From Candidatus Levybacteria bacterium RIFCSPLOWO2_01_FULL_42_15 (lineage in GTDB: Bacteria > Patescibacteriota > Microgenomatia > Levybacterales > UBA12049): a DNA stretch of 40,269 nt. The stretch is from contig MFOZ01000003.1 of the NCBI GenBank assembly GCA_001784055.1, positions 1-40,269 on the forward strand. The letters are read 5' to 3'. Below, piece by piece: positions 16,230 to 23,495 of this stretch. Under the pieces are notes generated by a model, which saw only the letters and a list, made by a program, of their open reading frames with translations, did not search any database and was not told the origin of the DNA. The first letter of the stretch is position 1. Every line of letters starts with the position of its first letter. Made by a program: the position numbers and the translations under genes.

Positions 16230-17673
16230 AGATAGTAGCTTGTGTAAGGGTAATTCGCGGCGTGTATCCGGAAAGAGTAAATGGAATGGGGTCCATATAA
16301 GACATGACAATAAGGAATCTGGGTTTTGTTTCCTGAAGGATGGAAGCGGTTTCCTTAAGAGATTCTTTTGAATAGGTCATGTGATAGGCAACCGTAAACC
16401 GTCCCGGAGGGAGCGTTTGGGATAAAACATACACTTGTGCGTTGTTTCCCCAAATAAATACGGCTTCGTTTTTTGTTCGTCTTCCTTTAATAAATTGCGC
16501 GATTTGATAATCATGGGGAGTTTTCCTATCAAAAAACGCTTGATAGTCTTCAACACTTTTTTTATTCGTTAAGAATAGGAGAGCGTTTTGATAGTAAGAC
16601 GTAATTTTTCCATACACCCAAAAGTTTTGAGAGAGAAGAAATAGAAGAACACCCGTAATAAGCGTATAAATAATCGTTCGCTCCCGTTGTTTCCGTAAAA
16701 TCGTTTCCCCAACAAGCCCAATCCACAAACAAAAACTAGGAAGAAGAACTAATAGGTAGTGAGTATAAGGCCTTTGAGAGAAAAAGGCGTTGTAAAGAGA
16801 AAAGGCAAGCCACACAAAAATAAAAAGATGGGACGGGAAGATACTGTTTCTTTTGATAAACAAAAACAGCAGGAAAGCTCCCATGAAGAAAAGTTTTACT
16901 ACCAGAAGACCGTTTGCGAATAGAAATTTATTTCCATATCCAACATAACCAACATTTTGAGTAAATGAAGCGGAGAAAAATTCACTGAAAGCGCCGTTTG
17001 AAAGAAAAAAAGCCGCAGCAAGGCTCATGGGCAGAAGAAAGCCAACGGTAAATCCGATTGCCGTTTTGACAATAGGACTCTTCTTTCTCTCAACAAAAAA
17101 GAGAAATAGCAAAAGTGCTGCAAAATCAAATACGGCTACGACTTTGAAGAGCAGAGCTATTCCCAATAGAAGTCCCGCACCAAAGAATGGGAGCATATTT
17201 TTGTATGATTTTGCAACGGAGCGAATAAGAAGATAGGACGCGCTTATAATAGGAAGAAGCATAAAGTTTTCTGAATTCGCAATGTTTCCTTCCAGAATAG
17301 GCAAGCCAAAAAGAATACCATAAAGGGTAGTGGTTGTCCAGACGGTTTTTTGCTGTTTGAATAGGTTTTTTGCGAGAAAGAAAAAAGAAATGAGAGAAAG
17401 AGTTCCTAAACAGAGCGAGAATGCTCGGACCGCAAACTGATCAGACCAGAATAAGGCATACGCAAGATATAAAAGAGGTGGCTTATTGTCCCAAATATCT
17501 CTGTATAGCAGTTTTCCATCGCGGATCGCAAGTCCAATGGTTTGGTAGATTCCCTCATCTCCGTACCAATATGGCTCAATTAAGGAAGGAAGTCTCAAGA
17601 GAAAAAAGCCAAATAAAAGAATAAACAGAAACCAAAAGTTTTTGCTTTTTTCTATTCGGGTAAGAAGCTTCAT
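16213..17673 (-). CDS. Polytopic GT-C-fold (GT39/ArnT-like) membrane glycosyltransferase
   Basis: 486 aa, about 11+ TM helices. The first loop, EPYWYGDEGIY, carries the acidic DE pair. There is a C-terminal soluble domain. ATGA overlap with the GT2 gene. Confidence 0.8.
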   Translation of the reverse strand: MKLLTRIEKSKNFWFLFILLFGFFLLRLPSLIEPYWYGDEGIYQTIGLAIRDGKLLYRDIWDNKPPLLYLAYALFWSDQFAVRAFSLCLGTLSLISFFFLAKNLFKQQKTVWTTTTLYGILFGLPILEGNIANSENFMLLPIISASYLLIRSVAKSYKNMLPFFGAGLLLGIALLFKVVAVFDFAALLLFLFFVERKKSPIVKTAIGFTVGFLLPMSLAAAFFLSNGAFSEFFSASFTQNVGYVGYGNKFLFANGLLVVKLFFMGAFLLFLFIKRNSIFPSHLFIFVWLAFSLYNAFFSQRPYTHYLLVLLPSFCLWIGLVGETILRKQRERTIIYTLITGVLLFLLSQNFWVYGKITSYYQNALLFLTNKKSVEDYQAFFDRKTPHDYQIAQFIKGRRTKNEAVFIWGNNAQVYVLSQTLPPGRFTVAYHMTYSKESLKETASILQETKPRFLIVMSYMDPIPFTLSGYTPRITLTQATIYERRF

Positions 17674-19163
17674 ATTTTCTCGGTTACTTTATACTCAAGG
17701 CGTTTTCCACGAATCAGCTGCGTATGGGATATGAGAGCGGGAATCGTTGAAAGAAAAAATCCAACAATGGGGAGAAGAATAAACTCAAAGGGGAACAAGA
17801 GCTTACGGATTCTGGAAATCGAGGGATTTTTAGGCGCATTTCTTAGGTCTATAATAATCATTACCAAAAGCGCGATTAGACAGAGGGTTAAGATAAAACC
17901 TGCAAGGCGAGGAAGATTATATCCAAGTGTCGTTCTAGAGAAAACAGGATTTATCAAAGGAGTAATATTTGCGGCAATCGTAATAACGAACCAATTTACC
18001 GGCCAAAGGAAATGGTCTAAGAGGACATTTGCAAGCATAAGCGTTTTTCTTACAAATGGAACTCCGGGAACCGTAAACCACCATTTGATAAAGAGCGGAT
18101 CATCAGATACCCCCCAAGACCATCGGCGATCCTGATTATATTTATTTACAAGACTGCGCACGTAGCTAGTTGAGAGCGGAGCATCCATGGATGTTTTGAG
18201 GAAAATTGGTTCGACCCATACGTTTCCTTTTAGCATATAAAATGCCTTAAAGAAAATACGATAGTCTTCCGGGATTACATCCACATCCCAAAATTTAATC
18301 TTTTTTAGAAGAGTAAAAGAAAGAGAATAGGTTGAATTGGCAATAAGCCGGTCTCCTTGAATGAGGAGCGCTGTTCGCCATAAACTGCCTAAGAAAGAGA
18401 GGACGCGCACCGGAGCGGGGACTCGCCACAGATTATTGTAAGTTACGTTGGCAGATTGCCAAAACTTACGGTATCTGTTTTCGTCGGAAATAAACTTATA
18501 CGTAAGATACGAAAAATACTGTTTATCAAAAACAGAGTCTGCATCTACAGAGGAGATTGTTGCGTAATCAAAGTTTATTACTCCTCCCTCAACAAATTTT
18601 TTATGCGCAGCTTTTCCGGCATATGCCTCGTTGGAAGATTTCCCTTTTACCTCATTGGCTATATCAGGATGGTACGTAGTCATTATTTCTCCAAAGACGT
18701 TTCTAAACTCCTCAAGTAGGATACTAGCTTTTTTCCGTGCTTCTTGTTCTCGTTTTTCCATCGCGAGCACTACAAAAAGACGTTTCCTTGGGAACGTTTG
18801 GGCCGCAATAGACTGAATAGACGTTCGTAGCTTCAAAACACTCTCTTTATAATTGGGGATAATAATTACATGAGTTATTTTTTCAAAATAGTGAAGTTTT
18901 TTTGCCTTAGCCAACCAATTGACTCGTTCTGCTTTTTTGATTTTTCTTGAAGCAATAAAAACAGCTACGGCAAGGGAGAAAGACTTATAAAGCCAATACA
19001 TATCAAACAGAACAATAAAATACGCAACAACATACGGAATCAGGATGGATCCCCACAAGGGGAAAAGAATAAGACTCCATGAAACAAATCCAGGAAGTAT
19101 TTCAAGGAACCGTTTGGTTTTTATCGGATATCGGCTGAATAGGGTTTGGAAAAAAGCAGTCAT
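17670..19163 (-). CDS. Membrane-embedded family-2 glycosyltransferase (processive synthase-like)
   Basis: N-terminal TM pair, then a GT-A core with VIIIPNYKES, SSVDADS (DxD), IPEDY and QDRRWSWG (QxxRW), then a C-terminal TM bundle. 497 aa. Confidence 0.85.
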   Translation of the reverse strand: MTAFFQTLFSRYPIKTKRFLEILPGFVSWSLILFPLWGSILIPYVVAYFIVLFDMYWLYKSFSLAVAVFIASRKIKKAERVNWLAKAKKLHYFEKITHVIIIPNYKESVLKLRTSIQSIAAQTFPRKRLFVVLAMEKREQEARKKASILLEEFRNVFGEIMTTYHPDIANEVKGKSSNEAYAGKAAHKKFVEGGVINFDYATISSVDADSVFDKQYFSYLTYKFISDENRYRKFWQSANVTYNNLWRVPAPVRVLSFLGSLWRTALLIQGDRLIANSTYSLSFTLLKKIKFWDVDVIPEDYRIFFKAFYMLKGNVWVEPIFLKTSMDAPLSTSYVRSLVNKYNQDRRWSWGVSDDPLFIKWWFTVPGVPFVRKTLMLANVLLDHFLWPVNWFVITIAANITPLINPVFSRTTLGYNLPRLAGFILTLCLIALLVMIIIDLRNAPKNPSISRIRKLLFPFEFILLPIVGFFLSTIPALISHTQLIRGKRLEYKVTEKI

Positions 19164-19963
19164 ACGTTGCGTAATGCAAAAACAGACATTGTGTTTCGGG
19201 TGGTTTGTTCTTTTATCACATCTTTCAAAACACCTTTAATATGGGCAATAAATTCTCCTACCAGTATAACATATTGAGGCTCGTTTCTCTTTCCTCTGTG
19301 GGGAATGGGAGTAAGATACGGACTATCCGTTTCCAGAAGAATCCGATCAAGGGGACAATAGGAAATAAGATCTTTTAAAGATGTTGTTTCTCCTCTTGCA
19401 ATGCCCTTATAGGTAATGTTGCCGTCAAATCCTATATAAAAACCTAAGTCAAGGACTTTTTTTAGGAATTCAACATCCCCGGAAAAACAATGAAACATTC
19501 CCGGAGGATTTAAGAGATACGATGTATGACGTAAGAGAATGTCTAAGATATCTTTCCCCGCATGGCGGTTATGAATCTGTAAGGGAAGTTTTAGCCGATT
19601 CGCAATCTGAATTTGCTTAATAAACACATCTTTCTGTTTGTTAGGATCGGTAATCCCATTTGATGGGTATGCGTAGTAGTCTATTCCACACTCGCCAATC
19701 CCTACAACCTTGGGTTTGCGAGCAAGGTCTTCAAGTTTTTGTTCCCAGTCCTTTTCGAGTTTGTCTACGTGGTGGGGATGAATCCCTACGATGGCGTAGA
19801 GGTTATCGTACTGCTCTCCCAATTTAACCGCTTTTGCGCTTGAGTCAATTTTGGTTCCGGTATTGATAATAGCGGTAACCTCCGCTTTTACCGCTCGCTT
19901 AATTACGGCATCGCGGTCTTTCTCAAACGCCTGGAAATTAAGATGGCAATGCACGTCAATCAT
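19160..19963 (-). CDS. tatD: TatD-family metal-dependent hydrolase/DNase
   Basis: MIDVHCHLNFQAF..., GECGIDYY and ETDSPYLTP are TatD motifs. The position after metG matches the conserved metG-tatD pairing. Confidence 0.9.
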   Translation of the reverse strand: MIDVHCHLNFQAFEKDRDAVIKRAVKAEVTAIINTGTKIDSSAKAVKLGEQYDNLYAIVGIHPHHVDKLEKDWEQKLEDLARKPKVVGIGECGIDYYAYPSNGITDPNKQKDVFIKQIQIANRLKLPLQIHNRHAGKDILDILLRHTSYLLNPPGMFHCFSGDVEFLKKVLDLGFYIGFDGNITYKGIARGETTSLKDLISYCPLDRILLETDSPYLTPIPHRGKRNEPQYVILVGEFIAHIKGVLKDVIKEQTTRNTMSVFALRNV

Positions 19964-19980
19964 AACGGTAGTACTCTATC

Positions 19981-21411
19981 TTATCTTCTTGGGAAGAGTG
20001 GTTTTTGAGATGTTATTTTTGGTCCCTTGAACTGATCAAAAATTTTTTCTGAAGTTTGAGGGAGAAAGGGTTTTAGCGCATGTGCAATGTTTCTAATTTT
20101 ATCCACAAAGTGCCGCAATAAGGGAGTAACGCCTTCTTTAGAAAGAGTCCATGGCGCTTTATTATTTATTTCGACATCTAATTTTTTGATATCTCTCCAT
20201 ATTTCCTCAAGAACAAGGTTGAATTCGTAGCGCGAAAGATGTTCATGATAACCTCCTTGGTCTAATGATATGGAGGTATGAGATACTGTTTGACTGACGG
20301 TAACCTCGTTTTTTTCGCAGAGCGTTGCAACGCGGGAGACAAGATTTCCAATTCCGTTAGCAAGATCTGCGTTATAAACTTCCTTAAAGCGTTCATGCGT
20401 AAAGTCTCCATCCTCATCAATGGGAATTTGAGAAAGAAGATAATAGCGGATTGGTTCCAGACCATATGTTTTTACTGCCTCGTAAGGATCAATCACGTTG
20501 CCGATTGTTTTGCTCATTTTTTGTCCGTGAGATGTAATAAAACTATGTACGAGCACTCCTTTTGGCAGAGGGAGTTTTGCAGAAAGAAGCATGGCAGGCC
20601 AATAGACCGTATGAAACCGATTAATATCTTTTCCAATAACATGAAGGTCAGCCGGCCACCATTTTTTCCAAAGCGACTCATCGGTTCCAAAACCAATGCC
20701 GGTTATGTAAATCGCGAGCGCATCAAACCATACGTACATAACCTGGTTTGGATCGTTAGGAACAGGTACCCCAACTCCCTTTGCACGTTCTTTGAATCGG
20801 GAAATACTAAAATCTTCAAGCCCGTCTTTAATAAAAGAGATGATTTCCGCTTTTTTATTTTCTGGAGAAATTTTGAGCTCGTCTCTTTGAATGAGGCCCA
20901 AAAGCGTGTTTTGGTATTTGGAAAGGCGGAAAAAATAATTTTCTTCCGTTACTTTTTCAGGGACTTTTTGATGCTCTGGACAGGCTCCATTTTTTAGCTC
21001 TTTTTCGATTTTAAAACTTTCGCACCCCACGCAATAAAGCCCCGTGTACGAGCGTTTATAAATATCACCGTTCTTCCGGCATAATTCCCAGAGCTTCTGA
21101 ACCCCCACCCAGTGTTTTTTCTGATCAGATCCCCTTTGGAATACGTCTAGATGAACGCCTAAAAATTCATAAAAGTTTCTAAACACAGCGGAATTTCGAT
21201 CAAGAAATTGCTGAATGGGAACTTCCTCACTTTCTGCTGCCTGAACATTCTTGAGCGCGTTTTCATCCGCGCCAGACAGAAGAAGAGTTTCATCTCCCTG
21301 TTGCGTTCGAAACCGCCTTATCGTGTCTGCTTGAAAATACTCAAGAGCATGCCCTATGTGGGGTTTTCCATTCACGTAAGGAATTGCGGTAGTAAGGTAA
21401 AATTTTCCCAT
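19981..21411 (-). CDS. metG: Methionyl-tRNA synthetase (short form, without a C-terminal tRNA-binding appendage)
   Basis: PYVNGKPHIGHA (HIGH), KMSKT (KMSKS), and the zinc knuckle CVGCESF...CPEH. 476 aa. Confidence 0.95.
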   Translation of the reverse strand: MGKFYLTTAIPYVNGKPHIGHALEYFQADTIRRFRTQQGDETLLLSGADENALKNVQAAESEEVPIQQFLDRNSAVFRNFYEFLGVHLDVFQRGSDQKKHWVGVQKLWELCRKNGDIYKRSYTGLYCVGCESFKIEKELKNGACPEHQKVPEKVTEENYFFRLSKYQNTLLGLIQRDELKISPENKKAEIISFIKDGLEDFSISRFKERAKGVGVPVPNDPNQVMYVWFDALAIYITGIGFGTDESLWKKWWPADLHVIGKDINRFHTVYWPAMLLSAKLPLPKGVLVHSFITSHGQKMSKTIGNVIDPYEAVKTYGLEPIRYYLLSQIPIDEDGDFTHERFKEVYNADLANGIGNLVSRVATLCEKNEVTVSQTVSHTSISLDQGGYHEHLSRYEFNLVLEEIWRDIKKLDVEINNKAPWTLSKEGVTPLLRHFVDKIRNIAHALKPFLPQTSEKIFDQFKGPKITSQKPLFPRR

Positions 21412-21416
21412 GTTTC

Positions 21417-21425
21417 ATTTTAGCA
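21417..21425 (-). promoter_or_regulatory. metG promoter: extended -10 TGCTAAAAT
   Basis: On the minus strand, TGCTAAAAT (21425..21417) lies 5 nt before the ATG at 21411. It is the identical 9-mer to the rpsT box. The -35 is weak (TTCATC). Confidence 0.55.
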
Positions 21426-21446
21426 CAGAAGAGGATTTAGATGAAG

Positions 21447-21788
21447 CTATGATCGTTTTTTTGCGATAATCTCCATAATACCAAACAAAAAAAGAAGAAG
21501 AATGAAGAGCATGATGTGGGTTACCTCAAGAATTTTAAAAAGAAACGCTGCTGCCACAAATATCCCCACGTATGATGCATATCGTTTGGTTTTGAAAAAT
21601 AAAGACGTGGATAAAAAAACAAAAAGAAACAAAAGAGCAAGAAAAAGAAGGTAAAAAGGAAAAAAAACAATACGTGTGCCTATAGGGATCGTTATGTTGG
21701 TTGCCGGCGCAATGAAATAGAAAGAATACGCAAGAAGCAGAAAAACAAGAAGGGGAGTAATAAAACGTACCCGATTTCTTTTTCGCAT
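21447..21788 (-). CDS. Small polytopic membrane protein (hypothetical)
   Basis: 113 aa with a basic N-terminus (MRKRNRVRF) followed by about 4 hydrophobic helices. No recognisable family. Confidence 0.55.
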   Translation of the reverse strand: MRKRNRVRFITPLLVFLLLAYSFYFIAPATNITIPIGTRIVFFPFYLLFLALLFLFVFLSTSLFFKTKRYASYVGIFVAAAFLFKILEVTHIMLFILLLFLFGIMEIIAKKRS

Positions 21789-21799
21789 ATACTATATCT

Positions 21800-21828
21800 A
21801 GGGTATGGTACTATACGCACTCTGTCAA
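21800..21828 (-). promoter_or_regulatory. Candidate promoter TTGACA-N17-TACCCT for the 113-aa membrane protein gene
   Basis: On the minus strand, TTGACA (21828..21823), a 17-nt spacer, then TACCCT (21805..21800). It lies 11 nt upstream of the ATG at 21788. Confidence 0.4.
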
Positions 21829-21907
21829 TCCTTCTTTGATGTCTTTTCCTGACAGTCTTTGACAAAGAAGTTAGGCACATAAGTCATTCGCAATTAATCA
21901 TCTGTCG

Positions 21908-21942
21908 ATCACCTGGGAGGTGATTTATATAGTGCACCTAGG
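21908..21942 (-). repeat. REP-like hairpin element, copy A (inverted relative to copies B and C)
   Basis: The reverse complement reads CCTAGGTG-CACTATAT-AAATCACCTCCCAGGTGAT. It forms a perfect 7-bp stem ATCACCT/AGGTGAT with a 3-nt loop (21908..21924). It lies 12 nt beyond the RAYT stop. Confidence 0.8.
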
Positions 21943-21953
21943 AATAAAATCTG

Positions 21954-22631
21954 TTATTCAAGGGCAAGGTGCTCGATCTCCTTTAAGGTTCGTTGGTAGT
22001 CTGCTTGATCAAAGACAAATGTTTTGTAGCTTTCAGCATTTTTAAAAAAACCCAAGAGAAGAGATTTATTAACAAATCCATCCCCCTTTGATATATATTC
22101 AGAGAAGGAGGACCATCGATAATATTCAAGTCTATCAATATCCTTTATCACATGGGAAGCATAAGGATTGAGGTGAATATATCTTGAAACATGAATAAGT
22201 TGTTCATCTGTCTCAATTCTGACCGCCTTAAACTGGTTCAGGAATAATGTGCCGTCCCTTTGATGTCTTGTATTGAAATAACGAGTATAACTGTTTTGAA
22301 AATTACTTAAAAACTTCGAAATTCCGCCGTCCATATTCTGTTTTATAAGTAAATGAAAATGATTCGGCATGAAACACCAGCAAAAGATATCGATATTTGT
22401 ATCACCTGCATTCAAAACCCTAAGAAGCTCTGTTCTTTTTTCGTTGCCAAGAGTTAAGAATCTAGAGAGCCTCACTGGAAGCTTTTTGAATCTATAAAAC
22501 TTTATGGATTCCAAAGCTCTGGTAAGTTCTCTTTTTGTAGTAAACGTAGGTTGCCTGTTGGCCCCTCGATTAAAAACATGGTATATCTCGTTTGTAATAA
22601 GCGGAACAATTCTTCCTGGCATTATGCTCAT
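21954..22631 (-). CDS. REP-associated tyrosine transposase (RAYT; IS200/IS605 TnpA-like HUH enzyme)
   Basis: FCWCFMPNHFHLLIKQ (HUH motif HFH) and VSRYIHLNPY (catalytic Tyr in the Y-x-H-x-NP context). The track start at 22658 is a TTG inside the repeat. The in-frame ATGs are at 22631 and 22622; the latter fits a leaderless start from the promoter at 22658..22630. Confidence 0.85.
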   Translation of the reverse strand: MSIMPGRIVPLITNEIYHVFNRGANRQPTFTTKRELTRALESIKFYRFKKLPVRLSRFLTLGNEKRTELLRVLNAGDTNIDIFCWCFMPNHFHLLIKQNMDGGISKFLSNFQNSYTRYFNTRHQRDGTLFLNQFKAVRIETDEQLIHVSRYIHLNPYASHVIKDIDRLEYYRWSSFSEYISKGDGFVNKSLLLGFFKNAESYKTFVFDQADYQRTLKEIEHLALE

Positions 22632-22658
22632 AATATCTAACGTTACCCTAGGTGTCAA
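22630..22658 (-). promoter_or_regulatory. RAYT promoter TTGACA-N17-TATTAT, with the -35 embedded in REP copy B
   Basis: On the minus strand, TTGACA (22658..22653), an exact 17-nt spacer, then TATTAT (22635..22630). The ATG at 22622 begins 8 nt after the -10. Confidence 0.5.
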
Positions 22659-22678
22659 GCTAAATCACCTCCCAGGTG
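22647..22678 (+). repeat. REP-like hairpin element, copy B
   Basis: CCTAGGTG-TCAAGCT-AAATCACCTCCCAGGTG, with a CACCT/AGGTG stem and a CCC loop. It matches copy C at 29/32 positions by my hand alignment. Confidence 0.8.
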
Positions 22679-22705
22679 TTAGTTATGTTAGTTCAGGTGT
22701 TAGTT
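22673..22705 (+). repeat. Short direct repeats CAGGTGTTAGTT (x2, 21-nt period) containing three GTTAGTT units
   Basis: CAGGTGTTAGTT occurs at 22673..22684 and 22694..22705. GTTAGTT also occurs at 22687..22693. The first copy overlaps the 3' arm of REP copy B. Confidence 0.6.
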
Positions 22706-22713
22706 TTTGGTTC

Positions 22714-22742
22714 TTGACAAGAGTTGGCAGTCGTGTTATTAT
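22714..22742 (+). promoter_or_regulatory. hrcA operon promoter TTGACA-N17-TATTAT
   Basis: TTGACA at 22714..22719, an exact 17-nt spacer, TATTAT at 22737..22742. It lies 10 nt before the ATG at 22753. Confidence 0.7.
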
Positions 22743-22750
22743 AGTGCTAA
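22724..22750 (+). promoter_or_regulatory. CIRCE-like HrcA operator (TTGGCAGTC-N9-TAGTGCTAA) overlapping the hrcA promoter
   Basis: The left arm matches the CIRCE consensus TTAGCACTC-N9-GAGTGCTAA at 7/9 positions and the right arm at 8/9, with an exact 9-nt spacer. It overlaps the -10 box and the predicted transcription start. Confidence 0.55.
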
Positions 22751-22752
22751 TC

Positions 22753-23487
22753 ATGCAAGATTTAACACAACGACAGATTCATGTATTGAAGAACCTCATT
22801 GAGGAATATATAGATACCGCGCTTCCCGTGGGGTCTGAAACGCTTGAGAAAAAACACAATTTAAGCGCATCCCCCGCAACTATAAGAAACGAAATGGTTC
22901 GATTAACAAAGTTAGGGTATCTCAAAAAAACCCACACCTCCTCCGGACGAGTTCCGACCCCTTCCGCTATGAAGTTTTATGTCAGTCAGCTTATGAAGGA
23001 AAAGGAATTATCAGTGGTTGAGGAGGTAGCGGTAAAGGAGCAGTTGTGGGACTGTAGGAGCAAAAAGCATGATTTCATGAAAAAGCTCACAAAAACTCTT
23101 GCAGAAAGAACAAAGGCGCTTGCCGTAACTGTTGCGGATGATGATATGCTTTATACTTCTGGATACGCGAATATTCTGGAGATGCCTGAATTTTATGACA
23201 TTGATATCACCAAAAACTTACTGTCCGTCATTGACGAGCTTGATTACTTTGAGAACCTATTCGCACGCATCGCTTTTGATCAAGAAAGGACGCATATACT
23301 GTTAGGAGAAGAGCTCGGACCCAGACTTCCTCCTCAGTACGGTTTTATATTTACCCAATACGAGACGCCTGAGCATGGTCACGGAACGATTGGCGTGTTA
23401 GGACCGGTGCGGCTTCATTACACATCGATTGTGCCCATCGTACGATACTTTGGAAATCTTGCAGGAGAAATTGCGCGAGAATGGTAG
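22753..23487 (+). CDS. hrcA: Heat-inducible transcription repressor HrcA (short, 244 aa)
   Basis: MQDLTQRQIHVLKNLIEEYIDTALPVGSETLEKKHNLSASPATIRNEMVRLTKLGYLKKTHTSSGRVPT is the HrcA winged-helix N-terminus. I reject the upstream part of the track ORF (22504..22752) because it overlaps the RAYT gene and the promoter. Confidence 0.9.
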   Translation: MQDLTQRQIHVLKNLIEEYIDTALPVGSETLEKKHNLSASPATIRNEMVRLTKLGYLKKTHTSSGRVPTPSAMKFYVSQLMKEKELSVVEEVAVKEQLWDCRSKKHDFMKKLTKTLAERTKALAVTVADDDMLYTSGYANILEMPEFYDIDITKNLLSVIDELDYFENLFARIAFDQERTHILLGEELGPRLPPQYGFIFTQYETPEHGHGTIGVLGPVRLHYTSIVPIVRYFGNLAGEIAREW

Positions 23488-23495
23488 GAGAAGGC

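Larger units (their letters stand above)
21908..22678 (-). mobile_element. RAYT unit: IS200/IS605-superfamily Y1 (HUH) transposase-like gene flanked by inverted REP-like hairpins
   Basis: Copy A (21908..21942) and copy B (22647..22678) sit in opposite orientation with their CCTAGG ends facing the gene. They share an identical 17-nt core, AAATCACCTCCCAGGTG. Confidence 0.7.

Noticed and set aside
20278-20997. 239-aa plus-strand ORF inside metG
   Set aside because: It is antisense to metG, which has HIGH and KMSKS motifs, and it has no recognisable motif. An AT-rich antisense frame that happens to lack stops is the simplest explanation.
21849-21887. Plus-strand TTGACAAAGAAG (the same 11 nt as the groES -35 region, TTGACAAAGAA), as a possible promoter for an RNA antisense to the RAYT
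   Set aside because: No acceptable -10 hexamer lies at a 16-18 nt spacing (AGTCAT is the best candidate). No plus-strand gene follows before hrcA, which has its own promoter.
22504-22752. N-terminal extension of the hrcA ORF (the track gives 327 aa)
   Set aside because: The extension overlaps the RAYT gene, REP copy B and the hrcA promoter/CIRCE element. The conserved HrcA N-terminus begins exactly at the ATG at 22753.
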